NCBI GenBank assembly: GCA_050012755.1 | Contig: JBEKGO010000026.1 | Coordinates: forward strand, 1 to 64,000 | Direction: 5' to 3' | DNA length: 64,000 nt | Origin: Candidatus Bathyarchaeia archaeon | Lineage (GTDB): Archaea; Thermoproteota; Bathyarchaeia; Bathyarchaeales; Bathycorpusculaceae | In this document: one piece after another, positions 1-10,376 of the stretch | How positions within the stretch are numbered: position 1 is the first letter of the stretch | Layout: each line of letters opens with the position of its first letter | Position numbers and translations under genes: made by a program | The notes under the pieces: generated by a model | What the model was told of the DNA's origin: nothing | Databases searched by the model: none | Seen by the model: the letters and a program-made list of their open reading frames with translations, nothing else

Positions 1-2
1 GG

Positions 3-698
3 ATCTGGGTTGTTTTCGCCTGGCAATCCCGTGAGGTCTATCCATGCTTTGACTTGCCCAGTCTGCGGATTGATTATGGCGATTCTATTTGTTTGCCAAA
101 TGTTAGCGTAAACGTCGCCGTTAATGTACTCTAACTCATTGATTTTGACTACAGTGGTGTTTCCATCATGCACAGCCACTTGCCCTGTCCGTTGAAAGGT
201 TGTTGGGTCTAAAAAGTAGAGGTTGTCTGTGCCGTCACTCATGATTAACTGTTTGCCATCATAAGTCAACCCCCACCCTTCTGTCGTATAACTGAAGTTT
301 CCCAGAAGGGCAAATGTGGTTTTGTCATAGATGAAGCCTATGTGCGACTGCCATGTTAACTGGATAATAGTGTTGTTGACGATTGTTATTCCTTCGCCGA
401 AATATTGGCTGGGCACCATGATCTCTTGCTGAACATTTCCCGTAGTTAAGTCTACTCGACGTAGCGATGAAGCACCCCAAAGTCCAGTGCTTTCATACAG
501 AAAACCATTCGAATAAAAAAGTCCTTCTGTGAAGGCGTTTGTATCATGTGGATAAGTGTTAACTAAGGTGTAGGTGTAATGTAACACGGCTGAAGGGCTT
601 GCTTGGGGCTTATTGCTATTTACATAAACAAGTATTGAAACACTCAAAACAAGAATGGCTATTATTAATAGTGAGGCTATGACTAACGATTTCTTCAT
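3..698 (-). CDS. Glutaminyl-peptide cyclotransferase (glutamine cyclotransferase), N-terminally anchored; 3' end runs off window
   Basis: Manual minus-strand translation from ATG at 698: MKKSLVIASLLIIAILVLSVSIL...YPHDTNAFTEGL...LYESTG...FGEGIT...EGWGLT...NELEY...ANIWQ, the QC beta-propeller motifs; absent from the ORF track because it is truncated. Confidence 0.9.
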   Translation of the reverse strand, partial: MKKSLVIASLLIIAILVLSVSILVYVNSNKPQASPSAVLHYTYTLVNTYPHDTNAFTEGLFYSNGFLYESTGLWGASSLRRVDLTTGNVQQEIMVPSQYFGEGITIVNNTIIQLTWQSHIGFIYDKTTFALLGNFSYTTEGWGLTYDGKQLIMSDGTDNLYFLDPTTFQRTGQVAVHDGNTTVVKINELEYINGDVYANIWQTNRIAIINPQTGQVKAWIDLTGLPGENNPD

Positions 699-844
699 TG
701 CATTTCATTTGGCAGTTCTCGTTAATAGGCAAAACGGTAAAAATCGCAATTTTGGCTCCCAGAAATTATGTGACAAGAGTTTTTCTCTAACATTAGAAAG
801 TCTTAAAGCTACCCCTAAATATTTTGTTTATCGTGAAACGTTAA

Positions 845-1594
845 TTGGGTCCTAATAGAATTAGTGGCAAATCCTCAATTGTAATTGCTATAATTCTCAT
901 TATTTTCATTTCCTCATACATTTACCCTAACACACAGGCACAAAGCAATACTTCCTTTAGTCCTAAAGACCAATTTCTCATCCCCTCCAGTAATGGAGCC
1001 ATTAGCTTTGCAGTAAATGGCAGCTACTCCAACGCAACACTTGAAAATGGAAGTTGGGCTTTCAATAATTTGAGCATCAACGGTTCCATGCCTATACGAA
1101 ATTTTTTGGTTTCTGCTCAAAATTCTAACGTTACCATCTTCTCTTACTTTTCATTCAACAATACGGTGGCAAGCTTAGGATTTGTATATGCGGTTGAAGG
1201 AAAAGGCAAACAAATCTTCAATTTTGGTCAACAAAGTCATGTGAATGGGGTTGATTGGACCGTTGTCAAAACTGTCAACCGTCAAAATGTGTTTTTGACC
1301 CCGGGGACAGATTATACTATTTCGACTAATGGAACAATAGTTGTAAATGGAGCTACAGGCAACTTCAGTATTTTCCATTTTAATTTTTTTAATAATAATT
1401 TGAATACGAATTTGCCCTTCTATGAGCAACATTCTGTAGCTATCGCAACTTCAGCAGCGGTGGCAATTGTAATAGTTTTGGCCGTTGTTGTCGCGGTAAG
1501 AAATAGAAAATATTTGGCCGAAAAAAAACTTGGCGCAGGTGCTTTAACAAAAAATATAGAACGCTCAACATTAAAAGATGAGGAGAAAACATAA
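845..1594 (+). CDS. Secreted/membrane-anchored hypothetical protein
   Basis: N-terminal hydrophobic signal, many N-x-S/T sequons, C-terminal TM helix plus basic tail. Confidence 0.75.
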   Translation: MGPNRISGKSSIVIAIILIIFISSYIYPNTQAQSNTSFSPKDQFLIPSSNGAISFAVNGSYSNATLENGSWAFNNLSINGSMPIRNFLVSAQNSNVTIFSYFSFNNTVASLGFVYAVEGKGKQIFNFGQQSHVNGVDWTVVKTVNRQNVFLTPGTDYTISTNGTIVVNGATGNFSIFHFNFFNNNLNTNLPFYEQHSVAIATSAAVAIVIVLAVVVAVRNRKYLAEKKLGAGALTKNIERSTLKDEEKT

Positions 1595-1595
1595 A

Positions 1596-2822
1596 ATGCA
1601 GTACTCGAACCCAACTTGGTTAGTACTACTGATATTTTCAATAATTGTAATTGTGGGCATTCTCCTTATCCTTAAATTTTCTAAAGACAGAACAAAAAAA
1701 GTAAGCACGCTTAGGCTTTTCATTCAAGTAGTCGCTGTTTTTGCTGTTTTCTTGGGGCTTATATTAGGTCCATTCAATGTGCCCTTATTCCAGCCTTTGG
1801 GGCCTTCTCCCCGTGATCATCTGCTCGGATCCAATTTCTTGGGCACTCAATTCCCAGACGGTATATCAGTTCCTATTTTAGCATGTTACTATCCCAACGG
1901 AAGGACAGTTACATGTCCAATTTGGCAGCTTCAAGCCTACATCTTTCCCTTTTGGAACCATGCGGTAGGCTACAACGTTCAGTACTCTACGTCTGGGTTA
2001 GAAAAAATAGGTATTGTAATCGGCATGATCGTTGTAGGCGCAATTATTCTAGGACGGTTTTTCTGCGGTTGGCTATGTCCATTTGGATTATATCAGGATG
2101 TGTTAACACGAATACGTAAAGCCTTAGGAGTAAAACATGTGCGATTCTCAGCGAAAACAAACACAGCACTTGGACAATCACGCTACGTTATAATTGCGGT
2201 TTTTCTCATACTCAGCGTTATTTTTGGTTCATATGCCATTTTTGGCGCTCAAATAGTTCCAGGCACGATAACTGGTGGACCTCAAGGAACCGAAGCAGGC
2301 ATAGTAAGTAACGTAAATGAGCCTTTCTGTCTGGTTTGCCCCGCGAGACCCCTTTGCCTCTTAATTGAAGCATCTATTGGCGCGATAAAATGGTCTTATA
2401 TTTCACAAATAGTTTATGGACCATTTTGGATAACAGGTTTCTACATCACATCCATAAATTTGGCTATCCTGATTGCAATTTCAATTGTAGCTTTTGTTTA
2501 TAGGCGGTTTTGGTGCAGAATATGTCCTCTTGGTGCAATTACAGCGTTGTTTAGCAGCTTTACCCCGTTCAAACAGATTGCGTTAACACGCCTGACCAAA
2601 AATCAGGAAAAATGTACTCGATGTGGAGTCTGCAAACGGGTTTGTCCGACTGAGGCTACAGATGTTTATGATAAGAAAGGTGGTGACGTGACTGAGTCAA
2701 GATGTATTCTTTGTGCTCGTTGTGTTGAGTTATGTCCCTATGAGGGCGCGTTAGAATTGAAGTTCGCTGGTAAAACGATGATGAAATCAAGAGACTGGTT
2801 AGAGCAGCAAAAGGCTAGCTAA
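1596..2822 (+). CDS. Membrane 4Fe-4S binding protein (NapH/MauN-like polyferredoxin)
   Basis: TM helices, CGWLCP and WCRICP motifs, two C-terminal CxxCxxCxxxCP clusters; ATG 1596 directly follows the upstream stop. Confidence 0.88.
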   Translation: MQYSNPTWLVLLIFSIIVIVGILLILKFSKDRTKKVSTLRLFIQVVAVFAVFLGLILGPFNVPLFQPLGPSPRDHLLGSNFLGTQFPDGISVPILACYYPNGRTVTCPIWQLQAYIFPFWNHAVGYNVQYSTSGLEKIGIVIGMIVVGAIILGRFFCGWLCPFGLYQDVLTRIRKALGVKHVRFSAKTNTALGQSRYVIIAVFLILSVIFGSYAIFGAQIVPGTITGGPQGTEAGIVSNVNEPFCLVCPARPLCLLIEASIGAIKWSYISQIVYGPFWITGFYITSINLAILIAISIVAFVYRRFWCRICPLGAITALFSSFTPFKQIALTRLTKNQEKCTRCGVCKRVCPTEATDVYDKKGGDVTESRCILCARCVELCPYEGALELKFAGKTMMKSRDWLEQQKAS

Positions 2823-2835
2823 TTACGTTTGTAAA

Positions 2836-2881
2836 TTTACCGTTTACTAAGATTTACTGATTTACAGCAAAATTATAAATA
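2836..2881 (+). promoter_or_regulatory. BRE/TATA promoter with upstream TTTAC repeats
   Basis: CAAAATTATAAATA at 2868-2881 (identical to 12838-12851); TTTAC at 2836, 2843, 2853 and 2861. Confidence 0.55.
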
Positions 2882-2937
2882 TTAATTACAACAATATTTA
2901 CGCATTCCTAATTTGATTAGGAATAAGAGATTCTAAT

Positions 2938-5514
2938 ATGAACAATTTTAAAAATAGAGGAAAAAATAAAACACTCGCAATCGCAATCGCTTTGCTTTTG
3001 ACATTATCTATTGCAACCCCGATATTTTCTTTGCAAACAGTAAGTGCACATACTCCTCCATGGCAAATCAAGACATACGCGTTTATTGATGCGAACCCTG
3101 ACCCCATCGGTATCGGTCAAACTGCTTTCATTACCTTTGGAATTGATAAAGTTCCAAATACAGTAAGCGGGGCTTACGGTGACAGATGGACAACCCTCAC
3201 CGTAACAGTTACTGATCCAACTGGAAAAGTAACTACGCTTAGCGGATTTACAGCAGATGATACTGGATTCTCACACACAACCTTCGTACCTGATAAACTT
3301 GGCAACTACACATTCGTATGCAACTTCCCTGGACAAACATTAACCGGTGCAAATCCTCCACCAACTGGAAACGGACCAGTTGCTCAATACATTGGCGATG
3401 TTTACTTGCCAAGCACGAGTAATACTGCAACCATGACGGTTACGAACGAACCAGCATCGATGGTTCCATTCAACCCTCTTCCAACAACCTACTGGCAACG
3501 CCCAATTAACATGATGAACAGCAACTGGAATACAATTAGCGGAAACTGGCTCGGCGATTTTACATACGTTAATGCCGGCTTAGGTTATAATGCAACTACA
3601 GACTTTGATCCATATATTCAATTACCGAACAGTGCACACGTGCTTTGGACAACACCGTTAGCGCCCGGGGGCTTAATCGGAGGCGAATTCGGTGCAACCG
3701 CACACAGCAACTTCTACTCAACCGCCCAATACGAATGCAAGTATCTGGCAGTAATAATCGACGGAGTACTGTACTATACTTTCACACCTGATGCCTCGAC
3801 TGATAAGCAGGGTTTAATCGCCCAAAATCTAAAAACAGGCGCAATATTATGGCATCGTTACGACATCAATGGCACGCTAGCACGCGGTCAAATATTCAAT
3901 TACATATCACCCAACCAGTACGGCGGTCATGCATACTTGTGGACTACTACAATGTCAATGTACGATGCAGTAACCGGTAACTGGATCCTTGATGTTGCGA
4001 ATAGTACAACTTCTGGTTTATTCGTTTCGCAACAAACCCCTGATGACATTGCTGACGGAACTCTGTTAGAATACTACATTAATACAACTGTTGCAAGCAG
4101 TCCAACGCTGTGTATGTGGAACTCAACCCGTTGTATAAATACTGGTCCAACTGGAACTGGAGACCCAAATACTTGGATGTATAGACCTACCACAGGAAAT
4201 AAAATTGATTTCAAATACGGTATACAATGGTCAGCACCGATAGCCACTAACATTTCCGGCAATCCCATTTCGCTATCCTTGTCAGGTGCCCAATCAAGTG
4301 GTAGCATAGGAATTTCAGGCAACACAGTAGTAATGAGCTACGCAACAACAGGTAACTGGGAAGAATGGCAAGTCGATGCAGGCTACAGCCTAACTGACGG
4401 ACACCAAGAGTGGTTAGTAAACCGCACTGTAACAGACTGGACTAGGGTAGTCACATACACCACAGGAGAAGGACACTATATCGAAATGAATAACGAAGAC
4501 CAAACAATCACCGTGTTCAACGCCGATACAGGCGCTCAAGTATGTGTATGTAAATTCCCAACAAACACTATCTGGGGTTACTTCTCTGCCTATCGTCCAG
4601 TCGGTGGATACGGAATGATCTATGATGCAACATTCGATGGACACTGCTACGCTTGGAACGCAACAACAGGAGCTCTAGTATGGAACTGGTGGGCAGGCCC
4701 AGCCGGTTACAACACGGTCTACAATTCATGGCCATTCAAGACTGTTGAATTAGTCGCTGACGGTAAGGTCTACCTTAATGGAGGCCACACATATAACCCA
4801 CCGCTATTCCGAGGGTCACATGCATATGCATTAGATGCATTTAACGGCTCAGTGGTTTGGAGTGTCAACAGTTTCTGCGAATCCAACAGTCCTGTCGTTG
4901 CAGCAGCTGACGGTGTAATTACATTACCAAATGCTTATGACAACCTGCTATACGCATATGGAACTGGACGCAGCGCAACTACAGTAGACGCGCCATCAGC
5001 CGCTATCACTCTAGGCTCCAGCTTAGTCATACGTGGCACTGTAACTGATCAGTCTCCAGGCCAAACTTGCCTAGGCATACCTGCAGCAGGCACTCCAGCA
5101 ATATCTGACGCAAGCATGGGTGATTGGATGAATTACTTATACGGACAACAACCGATTCCAACCAACGCTACTGGCGTACCCGTTTCACTCGACGTGATAG
5201 ATGCAAACAACAACTTCAGACATATTGGCGATGTTACGAGCGACATTACTGGCACATTTAGCTTCCAATATACACCCGATATACCAGGTAAATACACTGT
5301 AATCGCTAGCTTCCCAGGCTCTGAATCTTACTATGCTTCGTCTGCTGAATCAAGCTTTGCTGTTGATCTTGGTCCGACTCAAGCTCCAACCGCTACTGCA
5401 GTAACAGGACTAGCAACCTCATCAGACGTCATGTACATCGGAGTAGCAATAATAGTCATAATAATCATTATCGGCGTTGTACTAGCAGTGCTGATGATGA
5501 GAAAAAGACCGTAA
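2938..5514 (+). CDS. Cell-surface PQQ-like beta-propeller repeat protein, C-terminal TM anchor
   Basis: Signal peptide, repeated 'A.NATTG..VW' blades, Ig-like flanks, TM helix then MRKRP. Confidence 0.85.
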   Translation: MNNFKNRGKNKTLAIAIALLLTLSIATPIFSLQTVSAHTPPWQIKTYAFIDANPDPIGIGQTAFITFGIDKVPNTVSGAYGDRWTTLTVTVTDPTGKVTTLSGFTADDTGFSHTTFVPDKLGNYTFVCNFPGQTLTGANPPPTGNGPVAQYIGDVYLPSTSNTATMTVTNEPASMVPFNPLPTTYWQRPINMMNSNWNTISGNWLGDFTYVNAGLGYNATTDFDPYIQLPNSAHVLWTTPLAPGGLIGGEFGATAHSNFYSTAQYECKYLAVIIDGVLYYTFTPDASTDKQGLIAQNLKTGAILWHRYDINGTLARGQIFNYISPNQYGGHAYLWTTTMSMYDAVTGNWILDVANSTTSGLFVSQQTPDDIADGTLLEYYINTTVASSPTLCMWNSTRCINTGPTGTGDPNTWMYRPTTGNKIDFKYGIQWSAPIATNISGNPISLSLSGAQSSGSIGISGNTVVMSYATTGNWEEWQVDAGYSLTDGHQEWLVNRTVTDWTRVVTYTTGEGHYIEMNNEDQTITVFNADTGAQVCVCKFPTNTIWGYFSAYRPVGGYGMIYDATFDGHCYAWNATTGALVWNWWAGPAGYNTVYNSWPFKTVELVADGKVYLNGGHTYNPPLFRGSHAYALDAFNGSVVWSVNSFCESNSPVVAAADGVITLPNAYDNLLYAYGTGRSATTVDAPSAAITLGSSLVIRGTVTDQSPGQTCLGIPAAGTPAISDASMGDWMNYLYGQQPIPTNATGVPVSLDVIDANNNFRHIGDVTSDITGTFSFQYTPDIPGKYTVIASFPGSESYYASSAESSFAVDLGPTQAPTATAVTGLATSSDVMYIGVAIIVIIIIIGVVLAVLMMRKRP

Positions 5515-5537
5515 ACACTGAAAAGCAAACAAATCAA

Positions 5538-5560
5538 TTTCCCTTTTTCTTTTTTTGTTT
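5538..5560 (+). terminator. Oligo-T archaeal terminator
   Basis: TTTCCCTTTTTCTTTTTTTGTTT just after the stop; a similar tract follows the paralog at 15611. Confidence 0.6.
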
Positions 5561-5626
5561 ATTAAATTCTGAAAAGTCATGTAACAGAAGATAAGAGGTA
5601 TTGTGCTTCTTTTCCTTCAGAGCAAT

Positions 5627-6076
5627 TCAGCGATTGACCAGTAATTTTCTTCTGATTATACCCGTCAAAACAGAAAACCCAACCAAAGCTGCGAGCATCA
5701 AGACATTGTAAATAGCTAAATGCTGAATAAGTGAAACACTGACAAGCGCAAGCGGAACTACGCTAATCAATAGGTATACAAACGGGAAAAGTTTGAGTGC
5801 TTTCCTGTTCATGTTCTCGACTGTGGTTTTGGTGAAGAAGAGCTCGGGTAATTTACCCATACCGATTGTGCATGTCTTGCAGAGAAAACATGACAGGCAG
5901 CCCTTTTTGCCTAACTCGTAAAAAACCAGAAAAGACGCTAAAGCCAGAAAGACAATTGCGCCAAATGAAAAATATAACCAGCAAGCGGCTGTCCCCAGCA
6001 ATATCCAAATAAATATTGCGCCGTTACCGAAAACTAATTCGGCTTTTGAGTATTCGCGTTTTTGTCTTTGCAACAA
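5627..6076 (-). CDS. Membrane protein with Cys cluster
   Basis: Four hydrophobic segments, CxxCxxCxxC motif. Confidence 0.7.
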   Translation of the reverse strand: MLQRQKREYSKAELVFGNGAIFIWILLGTAACWLYFSFGAIVFLALASFLVFYELGKKGCLSCFLCKTCTIGMGKLPELFFTKTTVENMNRKALKLFPFVYLLISVVPLALVSVSLIQHLAIYNVLMLAALVGFSVLTGIIRRKLLVNR

Positions 6077-6282
6077 ATCAATTTCACCTAATCTGTGCCT
6101 GTTTCTCTCTGATTGTGTGTTTTGTGACTCTTAATGCTAATGCAGCCGTCGTGAGCAAAGTTGACAAGCCTTGAGAACGCGGCATAAGCGAGAGATCAGC
6201 AACCCACAGGTTTCTGGGCAACCCGCGCTCCCAAATTTCAGAGCTGACGCTGGCTAATCGATAATATTAGATTTGAAGCTTA

Positions 6283-6492
6283 TCACATTCTGCAGAAGTA
6301 TTCTAGTGGAGCATACCAGTAGACTGTGATGGTTTTTTTGCAATCTTGGTTTTTGCACCTTACTTTCTTTTGAATGATTTTGCCGTGAAAATTCTTTGGA
6401 ATTGGTTTGGCTGAAATTAGTGTTGAGTGTCGTCTATCGGGCGGTTCAATTTCAAGGATTTCATTGCAGGAAGGGCATTCAAGAACAGCCAT
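6283..6492 (-). CDS. Small zinc-ribbon protein
   Basis: CPSC...CKNQDC motifs, ATG start. Confidence 0.65.
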   Translation of the reverse strand: MAVLECPSCNEILEIEPPDRRHSTLISAKPIPKNFHGKIIQKKVRCKNQDCKKTITVYWYAPLEYFCRM

Positions 6493-6746
6493 AATGCACC
6501 CTCTACACTATTAATAGGCTGAAATTCTTTATAAAGCCAACGTATTGATGAAGAATCAATTAGACGAAACGCAAAGGGAAACGTTATTACATTTCGATTA
6601 TTTCGCCAAAATTTAATGAATTGTGAATAACGAATATTGGGAGGATTTTCTGAGCTGACAATGAGTTTTGGTTAAGAAAAAAGTGCCTAAATAGGAAAAT
6701 TATTTATCCAGTTTGTTATCACATTGCAGGGAATAAGGAATCACTA

Positions 6747-7889
6747 ATGGATGATAATGGCATCGATGGTCCCAGTCATAGCCAAGATAAGACTCTCAAT
6801 GGGATAGTTAAGAACAACGAGTCACTATCGCTTTTAGATGGTGCCACTGCCCAAATCCCAATCATCACCCCCGAATTGTATTCTCTGAGCAAGATCGCTT
6901 CTGATCGCACCAAGCCTCTTCCGGAGCGGTTGGAGAGCTTTGAGATAATTCTCGACTCCGAGGTTGGGGACACTAGTCTTACAAGAGCTAGAAACATAGA
7001 AAGAGAGATCGGGCTTAGGCAGATATACTTAAAATTCGAGGGTGGAAACCCTACTGGTACACAGAAAGACCGCATAGCTTTTGCACAAGCTTTGGATGCT
7101 TTGCGAAGAGGCTATGATGAGATTACAGTGGCTTCATGTGGCAACTATGGTACAGCCGTGGCGCTTGCTGCATCCCTAGCAGGTTTGCGATGCATAATTT
7201 ACATACCAGCGGGATATTATGCCCACAGGATTAAGGAAATTGCACGTTTTGGGGCAGAGATCATTAGAGTGCCAGGAGACTATGAAGAAGCGGTGAAGGT
7301 TTCGCGTATTGAAGCGGAAAAAGAAGGGTACTACGATGCCAATCCAGGTGGGGCAAACACCAACCTGCAGTTAAAAACATACGGTGAAATTGCCTACGAG
7401 ATTTACGACGAACTTCGCGACGCACCCGCAGTAATCGCTGTTCCAGTATCGAACGGATCTACTCTGGTGGGCATATACAAAGGCTTCGTAAGCCTATACA
7501 ATCGTGGAAAGACATCTCGCATTCCTCGCTTTTTTGCAGGCTCTTCATACGGCATGAATCCAATAATTCAATCTTTCGTAAAAAACACGTCACAATGCGT
7601 TGATTTGAAACCTGAGCGAATAAGGAATACTGCAGTTAATGAACCCTTAATTAACTGGCGCTCAATAGATGGAGATTATGCTCTATCAGTCATTAGACAG
7701 ACAAGAGGCTGGGCATCTTTCACGACTGACAAGACACTTCTGGACTATGCCAGATTAATACGGGAAAAGGAAGGCTTGAGCGTGCTACCTGCTTCGACTG
7801 CGGGTCTTGTAGCGCTCGTGGATCGCCATCGAAAGGAGCCGTTTTCAGGTGATCGATTCGTGGTAATCTTGACCGGACGGAAAGCATGA
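6747..7889 (+). CDS. Fold-type II PLP enzyme (threonine synthase-like)
   Basis: LKFEGGNPTGTQKDR PLP-lysine motif, ASCGNYG, PVSNGS, ILTG. Confidence 0.85.
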   Translation: MDDNGIDGPSHSQDKTLNGIVKNNESLSLLDGATAQIPIITPELYSLSKIASDRTKPLPERLESFEIILDSEVGDTSLTRARNIEREIGLRQIYLKFEGGNPTGTQKDRIAFAQALDALRRGYDEITVASCGNYGTAVALAASLAGLRCIIYIPAGYYAHRIKEIARFGAEIIRVPGDYEEAVKVSRIEAEKEGYYDANPGGANTNLQLKTYGEIAYEIYDELRDAPAVIAVPVSNGSTLVGIYKGFVSLYNRGKTSRIPRFFAGSSYGMNPIIQSFVKNTSQCVDLKPERIRNTAVNEPLINWRSIDGDYALSVIRQTRGWASFTTDKTLLDYARLIREKEGLSVLPASTAGLVALVDRHRKEPFSGDRFVVILTGRKA

Positions 7890-7892
7890 CCC

Positions 7893-8945
7893 ATGCCCAA
7901 GAGAAAAGCGTTGGTCTATTGTGAACGTGAATATTTAAATGCTAATGGCAAGACTGCCCACGGACTTGTGCGTCACACAGTCAGATATGATATTGTTGGA
8001 GTAGTCGATTCAACCGCGCCATCAGGCGACGCAGGACAACTTCTGGATGGAAAACCGCGAGGCATCCCTTTGTTTTCCAATCTTGAAGAAGCTTTTAGGG
8101 CAACCAAACCGGAAATTTTCATAGTTGGTGCCGTTTCAGAGGGGGGATATTTGCCGGAAGGGTATGACAAAGCAATCACTTGGGCTTTATCGCATGGGCT
8201 TGACGTAGTTTCCGGTCTACATCATTTCATATCTGATGATGAGCGATTTGTAGGCTTAGCCGCCAAGAACGGCTGCAAGATTGTGGATGTTCGCAAATTG
8301 TTCCGGGATTACAAGCGGTTTTATACTGGTGAAATCAGAAATGTTAGGTCAACTAGAATTGCAGTTTTGGGAACTGATTCTGCAATCGGCAAGAGAACTA
8401 CATGTGTATTGCTAGTGCAGGAGCTTAGACGGCGAGGTCGAAAAGCAGACATGATATTTACTGGACAAACAGGATGGATGCAAGGTTGGCCACACGGCGT
8501 AGTTATGGATGCAATGATAAATGACTTCGTATCAGGCGGCATTGAAGGCGCCATACTAGATTCTTGGAAGGATGAAAAACCAGACTATATGATAATAAAT
8601 GGTCAAGGCAGCCTCGTACATCCTTTCTTCCCAGGCGGGTTTGAAATAATGGCGGCTGGCCAGATCCATGGTTTCGCTCTCCAAGACGCTCCTGGACGAC
8701 CGCATCTGGACGGATTCCCAGGTTATCCGATGCCCGACCCAGGACGAGTGATTAAAATCGCAAAGCTGCTATCCCAATGTCCTCTCGTAGGAATAGGATT
8801 AAACCACGAAAACTTGTCACCAGAGGAATCGAGAAAAGCCAAAGCAAGACTGCACAAAAGATTCAAAGTCCCAGTAGAAGACCCAGTTTTTGACGGCGTA
8901 GGAAAGCTAGTAGACGCAATCGAAGCACTCCGAGAAGGTGACTAA
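7893..8945 (+). CDS. DUF1611 family P-loop protein (DgcN-like)
   Basis: GKTAHGLVR, SGLH, GTDSAIGKRTT, TGQTG, GQGSL motifs. Confidence 0.85.
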   Translation: MPKRKALVYCEREYLNANGKTAHGLVRHTVRYDIVGVVDSTAPSGDAGQLLDGKPRGIPLFSNLEEAFRATKPEIFIVGAVSEGGYLPEGYDKAITWALSHGLDVVSGLHHFISDDERFVGLAAKNGCKIVDVRKLFRDYKRFYTGEIRNVRSTRIAVLGTDSAIGKRTTCVLLVQELRRRGRKADMIFTGQTGWMQGWPHGVVMDAMINDFVSGGIEGAILDSWKDEKPDYMIINGQGSLVHPFFPGGFEIMAAGQIHGFALQDAPGRPHLDGFPGYPMPDPGRVIKIAKLLSQCPLVGIGLNHENLSPEESRKAKARLHKRFKVPVEDPVFDGVGKLVDAIEALREGD

Positions 8946-10376
8946 ATGAACCTTCAATGTTTTCGGTCCATTAAAATCTCAGAACCTATTCTGCAAGGTA
9001 AGACAGTAACCACTCAAATAACAAGCACTGACATGAAAGCAAACAAGCACAATTTTTCTCTTATTTTTAGATATGACGAACCTATCATTTCGGGAGATTT
9101 GCCTTTAATGCGGCTCGCGTCGGTTATGCCAGTTCTCAACTATGGCCTATTCTCAAAAGAAATTAGACTAATGTTTCCCGTCAGCGATTCGGATATTTCC
9201 CTCCTAAATGATCTCCTCGAAATATTCACCAGAGACATTTTCGTCAACAAACTTGTTCGGAAGAAAAACCCCTACATTTTACCCCATTTTCTACCCCTTG
9301 AAAGCGAGGTAACGAATGAAAATGCTCGCCCTTTGGCAAAGATAATTCTTTCAAAACTTCTCGAAGACGCTCCAATCTCGCAGGGAAGCGACAACAGCTC
9401 TTGTGGCGTGCTATCTAGTGGAGGAAAAGAAAGCTTACTGACATATGGGATGCTTAAAGAAATCGGCGCTGAAGTCCACCCGTTATTTGTCAACGAAAGT
9501 GGAGGGCATTGGCGAACCGCATTGACTTCTTACCGCCAATTTGTAGAAAATGAACCGAACACTACGAGAGTATGGACTAATGTGGATCGTTTTTACGTTT
9601 TCATGTTGGACCACATGAGAATCATAAGATCTAATCATAGGAAAGTTTGGTCAGATACTTATCCGATTAGACTCTGCATTTTTCCAGTTTACGTTTTTCT
9701 TCTTCTTCCTGTTTTTGTGCGAAGAAAAATAGGGAATCTCCTAATAGGAAGTGAACTAGATGATCCTCGCACATCACCTTTTTTCAAAGGAATAAAACAC
9801 TACTTCGGCGTCTACGATCAGACACAGGATTTTGATCTAAGAATGGAACAATGGTACATGAAGAGACTACCTGGAATGCGACAGTGGAGCGCCGTTCGGC
9901 CAATCTCTGGCATGATCGTGGAAAGAGTGCTGACAAAAAGATATCCCGAATTGGCGAGAGTTCAGCGTTCATGCCACAGCTGTCACTTTGAGAAAGGCAA
10001 AATAGTCCCATGTGGTCAGTGCAGCAAGTGCCAAGGAGTGCTGCTGTTTCTTTTGGCAAATCAGGTGGATCCGTCGATTATGGAATACCGCGAAGAGGAC
10101 GTAATCGCTCTTCCTAAACGAGTGGCAGAAGGAGTACTGAGACTGGATGAAGACGAGCGGGAACACTCCCTATTTCTCTCTAAACTGCCAGGTTTAGCTG
10201 GAAGAGAATATTCCCACATAGAAACCATTCACTTGAATAAGCCTACAAGCGACATCGAACTCGTGCCGGCACGTTTTCGAGGTCCTCTTCTCAAAATTAT
10301 GACAGAATACACAAAGGGCTTCACCAAACTAGAAGGAGACTCTTGGACGCCTGTGACTTCTCCTAAAGAGCTTTGA
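8946..10376 (+). CDS. PP-loop adenine-nucleotide hydrolase-like protein (QueC/MurL-like)
   Basis: SSGGKES PP-loop and C-terminal SCHSCH...PCGQCSKC metal site. Confidence 0.65.
   Translation: MNLQCFRSIKISEPILQGKTVTTQITSTDMKANKHNFSLIFRYDEPIISGDLPLMRLASVMPVLNYGLFSKEIRLMFPVSDSDISLLNDLLEIFTRDIFVNKLVRKKNPYILPHFLPLESEVTNENARPLAKIILSKLLEDAPISQGSDNSSCGVLSSGGKESLLTYGMLKEIGAEVHPLFVNESGGHWRTALTSYRQFVENEPNTTRVWTNVDRFYVFMLDHMRIIRSNHRKVWSDTYPIRLCIFPVYVFLLLPVFVRRKIGNLLIGSELDDPRTSPFFKGIKHYFGVYDQTQDFDLRMEQWYMKRLPGMRQWSAVRPISGMIVERVLTKRYPELARVQRSCHSCHFEKGKIVPCGQCSKCQGVLLFLLANQVDPSIMEYREEDVIALPKRVAEGVLRLDEDEREHSLFLSKLPGLAGREYSHIETIHLNKPTSDIELVPARFRGPLLKIMTEYTKGFTKLEGDSWTPVTSPKEL

Noticed and set aside
6747-7889. 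thrC gene symbol
   Set aside because: The fold is clear, but the context (DUF1611, PP-loop) is not threonine biosynthesis
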